From: Gemmatimonadales bacterium
GTDB lineage: Bacteria > Gemmatimonadota > Gemmatimonadetes > Gemmatimonadales > GWC2-71-9
Direction: 5' to 3'
Assembly (NCBI GenBank): GCA_039794085.1
Contig: JBDIWC010000062.1
Span: forward strand, 1 to 19,568
Length of the DNA: 19,568 nt
Part shown: piece by piece, positions 16,597 through 19,568 of the stretch
Layout of the letters: the number at the start of each line of letters is the position of its first letter
Position numbering within the stretch: the first letter of the stretch is position 1
Position numbers and translations under genes: made by a program
Notes under the pieces: generated by a model
Told to the model about the DNA's origin: nothing
The model's input: only the letters and a program-made list of their open reading frames with translations
Database searches by the model: none

Positions 16597-17399
16597 GTCC
16601 GATCACCACCGATTGTGGCATTGATCCAGAGCCCCCACCTCTTCAGCATCCGCCCCCGGCTTGCGATCGACGGATCAAGCTTGACCACACCGGTGGTCAG
16701 GCCTCCCCTCGCCGCCTCGATCAGCCCCACGGCCTCCGGCCACACCATCTCCGCAATGTACCCCGCTCGCTTGTGGGCAGCACCGTTTCCGTGTCGCTCC
16801 AGCTCGCCCACCAGCCTGCCCTCGGCATCAGCGCCGAGACCGGCGTAGGTTCCGAGGATCTCGGCCAGGTGCCTGATGCCTCCCACCCAGTCGGGGTGCC
16901 GGAAGGCGTCGACAAGCGTCCGCTCCGGCGTCGACACCTTCACCCTGGTAGCTCCCCGCCACTCCTCGACGCATCCGGACAGCCGCTCGTCGGGCACGAT
17001 CGCAAGCCTGAATGGTGTACCCAACGCCTCCATTTTGGTGGAGCGCACGGTGGCCGCGGTGACCACGAACGTGGTCCGGAACAGCTGCTCCGTGAGCCCC
17101 CAGTGGCCCGCTGCTGTCCACCCGCCGATGTAGCAAGGAGCAAAGAGCTCATCTGCCAGGACCCAGGAATCCTCCGCCACGACTTCGGCGCCACCAACAT
17201 CGAGGGGAGGAAGGTAGTACACCCCACGGCGCACGTGCCGCACCCATCCACCGCGCCGCAGGCGGGCGAGGCGGAGTGCCGCTTCCCGGGTCGGCGCCCC
17301 CCACGCCTCAGCTGCTCGCTCCACGGGGACGACCCCGGCACGAGCAACGCGACTCAAACGGTGGAGGTACTCGCGTCTGGTGAGATCACCTGTCTCCAT
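16593..17399 (-). CDS. abiEi: Type IV toxin-antitoxin AbiEi-family antitoxin/transcriptional regulator, 268 aa
   Basis: wHTH with LARLRRGGWVRHVRRGVY, then YIGGWTAAGHWGLTEQ, VSTPERTLVD and KRAGYIAE. Confidence 0.88.
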   Translation of the reverse strand: METGDLTRREYLHRLSRVARAGVVPVERAAEAWGAPTREAALRLARLRRGGWVRHVRRGVYYLPPLDVGGAEVVAEDSWVLADELFAPCYIGGWTAAGHWGLTEQLFRTTFVVTAATVRSTKMEALGTPFRLAIVPDERLSGCVEEWRGATRVKVSTPERTLVDAFRHPDWVGGIRHLAEILGTYAGLGADAEGRLVGELERHGNGAAHKRAGYIAEMVWPEAVGLIEAARGGLTTGVVKLDPSIASRGRMLKRWGLWINATIGGDRT

Positions 17400-17405
17400 G
17401 ATGGT

Positions 17406-17458
17406 AGACTATCACTCTTCTTATATCGTGTCAAGCGATATTATTACAATGATAATAT
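17406..17458 (-). promoter_or_regulatory. Sigma70 promoter of abiEi with overlapping inverted repeats (putative operators); leaderless transcript likely
   Basis: TTGACA (17434-17429), 17 nt, TAGTCT (17411-17406), 6 nt before the ATG. Inverted repeats ATATCG/CGATAT (17423-17441) flank the -35; ATATTAT/ATAATAT at 17438-17458. Confidence 0.75.
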
Positions 17459-17524
17459 ACCAATTGCACCCCGCAGTCCGCTGATCAAGCGCTCCAATCC
17501 GCAGCCCATCCCTGGCCCATCGGA

Positions 17525-17863
17525 TCACCGGCCGTGCTTCCTCACCCTCCCCCGGTTCTCCGCCGCTGGATACCGCTCGGCGTTCACCCGAAGCTTGTCC
17601 CGCACCGCCTCGTCCAGATCGACTCCGAGATCGTGAGCCAGGTACGTTAGGAGAATGGCGACGTCCGCCAGCTCATGGCGAAGCGCCACGCGGTCCCCCG
17701 GCGCCGAGTGGGCCTCTCCGTCCCGGGTCCATTGGAACTGCTCCAGGAGTTCCCCGGCTTCGACCGCGATGGCGATGGCGAGGTTCTTCGGGGTGTGAAA
17801 CTGTTCCCAGTCCCGCTCCTGCCGGAAAGTGAGCAGGTCACGCACCAAGGCCTCATCCAGCAT
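17525..17863 (-). CDS. MazG-like nucleotide pyrophosphohydrolase (dCTPase-like), ~112 aa
   Basis: FRQERDWEQFHTPKNLAIAIAVEAGELLEQFQW...ELADV...KLRVNAERYP; start overlaps the end of the upstream HNH ORF. Confidence 0.92.
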   Translation of the reverse strand: MLDEALVRDLLTFRQERDWEQFHTPKNLAIAIAVEAGELLEQFQWTRDGEAHSAPGDRVALRHELADVAILLTYLAHDLGVDLDEAVRDKLRVNAERYPAAENRGRVRKHGR

Positions 17864-18491
17864 AGTCGCCCACCCTTTCGAAGACATTCTCGTTGTGCCA
17901 CCTCAACAAATCACTGCTCGGCTGGTCCCGCGGGTTTTCGGGCAGGCTGGCGAGAGTCTGGTCTTGAAGCCGGTAATAGACCTTCCCGTTGAACCAATGT
18001 TCCCGGATGCGCTCGCTCACCTGAACCCTGTGCTCCGGCGTGACGGTCACGAGCCCGGCGTCGAACAGCCTGTGGAAATCGGAACGGAGCAGGAGCCCGT
18101 TGGAGGAATCGTGGAGGAACATCGGACCGTGCATCGTTTCCGCCACGGTCTGGGACATGCCGACCAAGCTCTCGAGCCGGAGCTGGACCTCGTTCCAGAG
18201 GCGGGCACCCGCCGGTTCGATGCTGTCGAAGGTCTTGCCCGCCACGATGTTCCTGGCGAAGTCGTCGCCGATCGGAATCCAGTCCTCCTGGTCCCAGAAG
18301 AACGGTTCGGCCAGGATGCTGCAGCCGATCTCCGGAGTTCGCCCGTCATCATGCGAGCGCAGTTGCCCGATCATGTTCTGGAGGGCCCGGTAGGAAAGCG
18401 CCCCGTTCTTGATCCCGAAGGCATCCCAGGCGAGCGGCAGGGGGAGCGTCGTGTATCGGACAAAGACCCCGCCACCGGCCCAGAACTTCAT
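17853..18491 (-). pseudogene. HNH restriction endonuclease gene with two apparent in-frame internal deletions (212 aa open frame)
   Basis: Retains AWDAFGIKNGA, IGCSIL, NGLLLRSDFHRLFD and LRWHNENVF. Lacks the RxGQxxFR...CAxxG...LxAxHxxP block present in both other HNH genes of this window. MKFW runs straight into AGGG. Confidence 0.7.
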
Positions 18492-18668
18492 CCTCGCGCC
18501 CTCGACCGGCTTGTTGGTAGTCTCCCAACCCGGAGAGGTTCCCCGCCTTGCGAAAGAGGGATGGAAAACGGCCGGGGAAAGGTTCGGTCAGTCATGCGCC
18601 CCCTCTGGTGGGAAGCCTGCGAGGGAGGAAGGATGGCACGGCCGGGCGGCTCAGGCCAGCCCTGAGAG

Positions 18669-18695
18669 GTAGGCACGGCTGCGCCGTGCCCCTAC
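18669..18695. repeat. GTAG-type REP-like palindrome
   Basis: Minus strand GTAG-GGGCACGGC-GCA-GCCGTGCC-TAC: a GTAG tetranucleotide followed by a GC-rich stem, as in RAYT-associated REPs. Confidence 0.65.
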
Positions 18696-18843
18696 TTTGC
18701 GACGGGCAGGTCCCCAGCCGCTTCGCGGGGGCCATCCGGCGGGCCATCGTCTCACCTCGGCCGAAGCCCTGAAGCGATGCACGCTACGCGTGAGCCTCCC
18801 CAAGGGTGAGATTAAAGCCCGAACCACCCTCGGGATGGTTGCT

Positions 18844-19568
18844 CTAGGGGACGTTGCTGTCACCCTTCACGTTGTTCCGGAAGACATTCCCCCCGGATGC
18901 AACTGGGGTCGGTGAAACCCGACCACCATTCTCCACCCATAGGCCCCAGCCGGAGCTTCCCGTCACTGAGCTGTTTTGCAGCAATAACTCCCCGGTCGCT
19001 CCCACCATGACGTTCGCAGGTTCGATGCCAATGAAAGGACCGCCAGGTTGGCCCCCGAAGCCAACAGCAACATGAGTCAGCTCGTTCGCGGAGCTGGTGC
19101 CGAAGAAACCGAGCCCCTGCCACGACCCTGGTACGGCTTGTTCCCCCGCAAACGTGATGGGCGAGGCGGCGGTTCCAACTGCAGACAGGGAGCCTCCACC
19201 CGTGACGAACAGTCCGGTCCCCGAGCCAAAGATGAGCCGAGCCCCTGGCACAATCGTCAGGGACGTGCCGATTAGCACTCCTTGGCCGAAGCGGATCGGC
19301 AAACTGGTGATCTGCCACGTATGAGGGCCACCAGGGGCGAGGTTCTCATATCCAACAATCCCCGGTGCACGGACATCAAGATAGGGCCGGCCATTACCGG
19401 TCAGATAGTCGGCCGCCGGGTCCAGTCCCCCCACCAGGGCGGCGGGAACCTGGAGCCCCGCGAATGCGTTGTCGCGGAGTGCTACTCCGGTGAACCCCAC
19501 GAGAGCTCCGGTATGTCTGACCGTCAGGCCGGTGCCACTGCTATGGTGGATAACGCTCTGCGACACGC
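18844..19568 (-). CDS. C-terminal part of a probable secreted right-handed beta-helix repeat protein (runs off the window)
   Basis: LTIVPGARLIF..GTGLFV..GGSLSAVGTAASPITFAG...PGSWQGL.F motif and G/N/T-rich repeats; the frame stays open to the window edge. Confidence 0.7.
   Translation of the reverse strand, partial: VSQSVIHHSSGTGLTVRHTGALVGFTGVALRDNAFAGLQVPAALVGGLDPAADYLTGNGRPYLDVRAPGIVGYENLAPGGPHTWQITSLPIRFGQGVLIGTSLTIVPGARLIFGSGTGLFVTGGGSLSAVGTAASPITFAGEQAVPGSWQGLGFFGTSSANELTHVAVGFGGQPGGPFIGIEPANVMVGATGELLLQNSSVTGSSGWGLWVENGGRVSPTPVASGGNVFRNNVKGDSNVP

Noticed and set aside
18488..18676. 62-aa minus ORF overlapping the HNH start
   Set aside because: P/R-rich with no recognisable motif; may be a remnant but unsupported.

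Overview
GC-rich bacterial defence island; every credible gene is on the minus strand. The core is a four-gene operon with overlapping stop/start codons (14722->1880): a 1767-aa YprA/DUF1998-type SF2 helicase, a SNF2 (DrmD-like) helicase, a type IIG/DrmMI-like N6-adenine methyltransferase and an HNH nuclease. This is DISARM-related but lacks separate drmB and drmC genes and resembles what I recall as ARMADA. Downstream, a Zn-ribbon NYN (PIN-fold) RNase gene is preceded by a consensus-like sigma70 promoter, a ~80-nt structured leader and an intrinsic terminator. That layout suggests an RNA-antitoxin or attenuator-controlled RNase module. Upstream lie a second HNH nuclease and a decayed cluster: an HNH gene with two apparent in-frame deletions, MazG, AbiEi and MNT antitoxins whose toxin partners appear reduced to short stubs, and the 3' end of a beta-helix protein gene. 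Non-coding items include a multi-hairpin region at 165-298, a 20-bp inverted-repeat element and a GTAG-type REP. All family assignments come from motif recognition by eye, not database searches.
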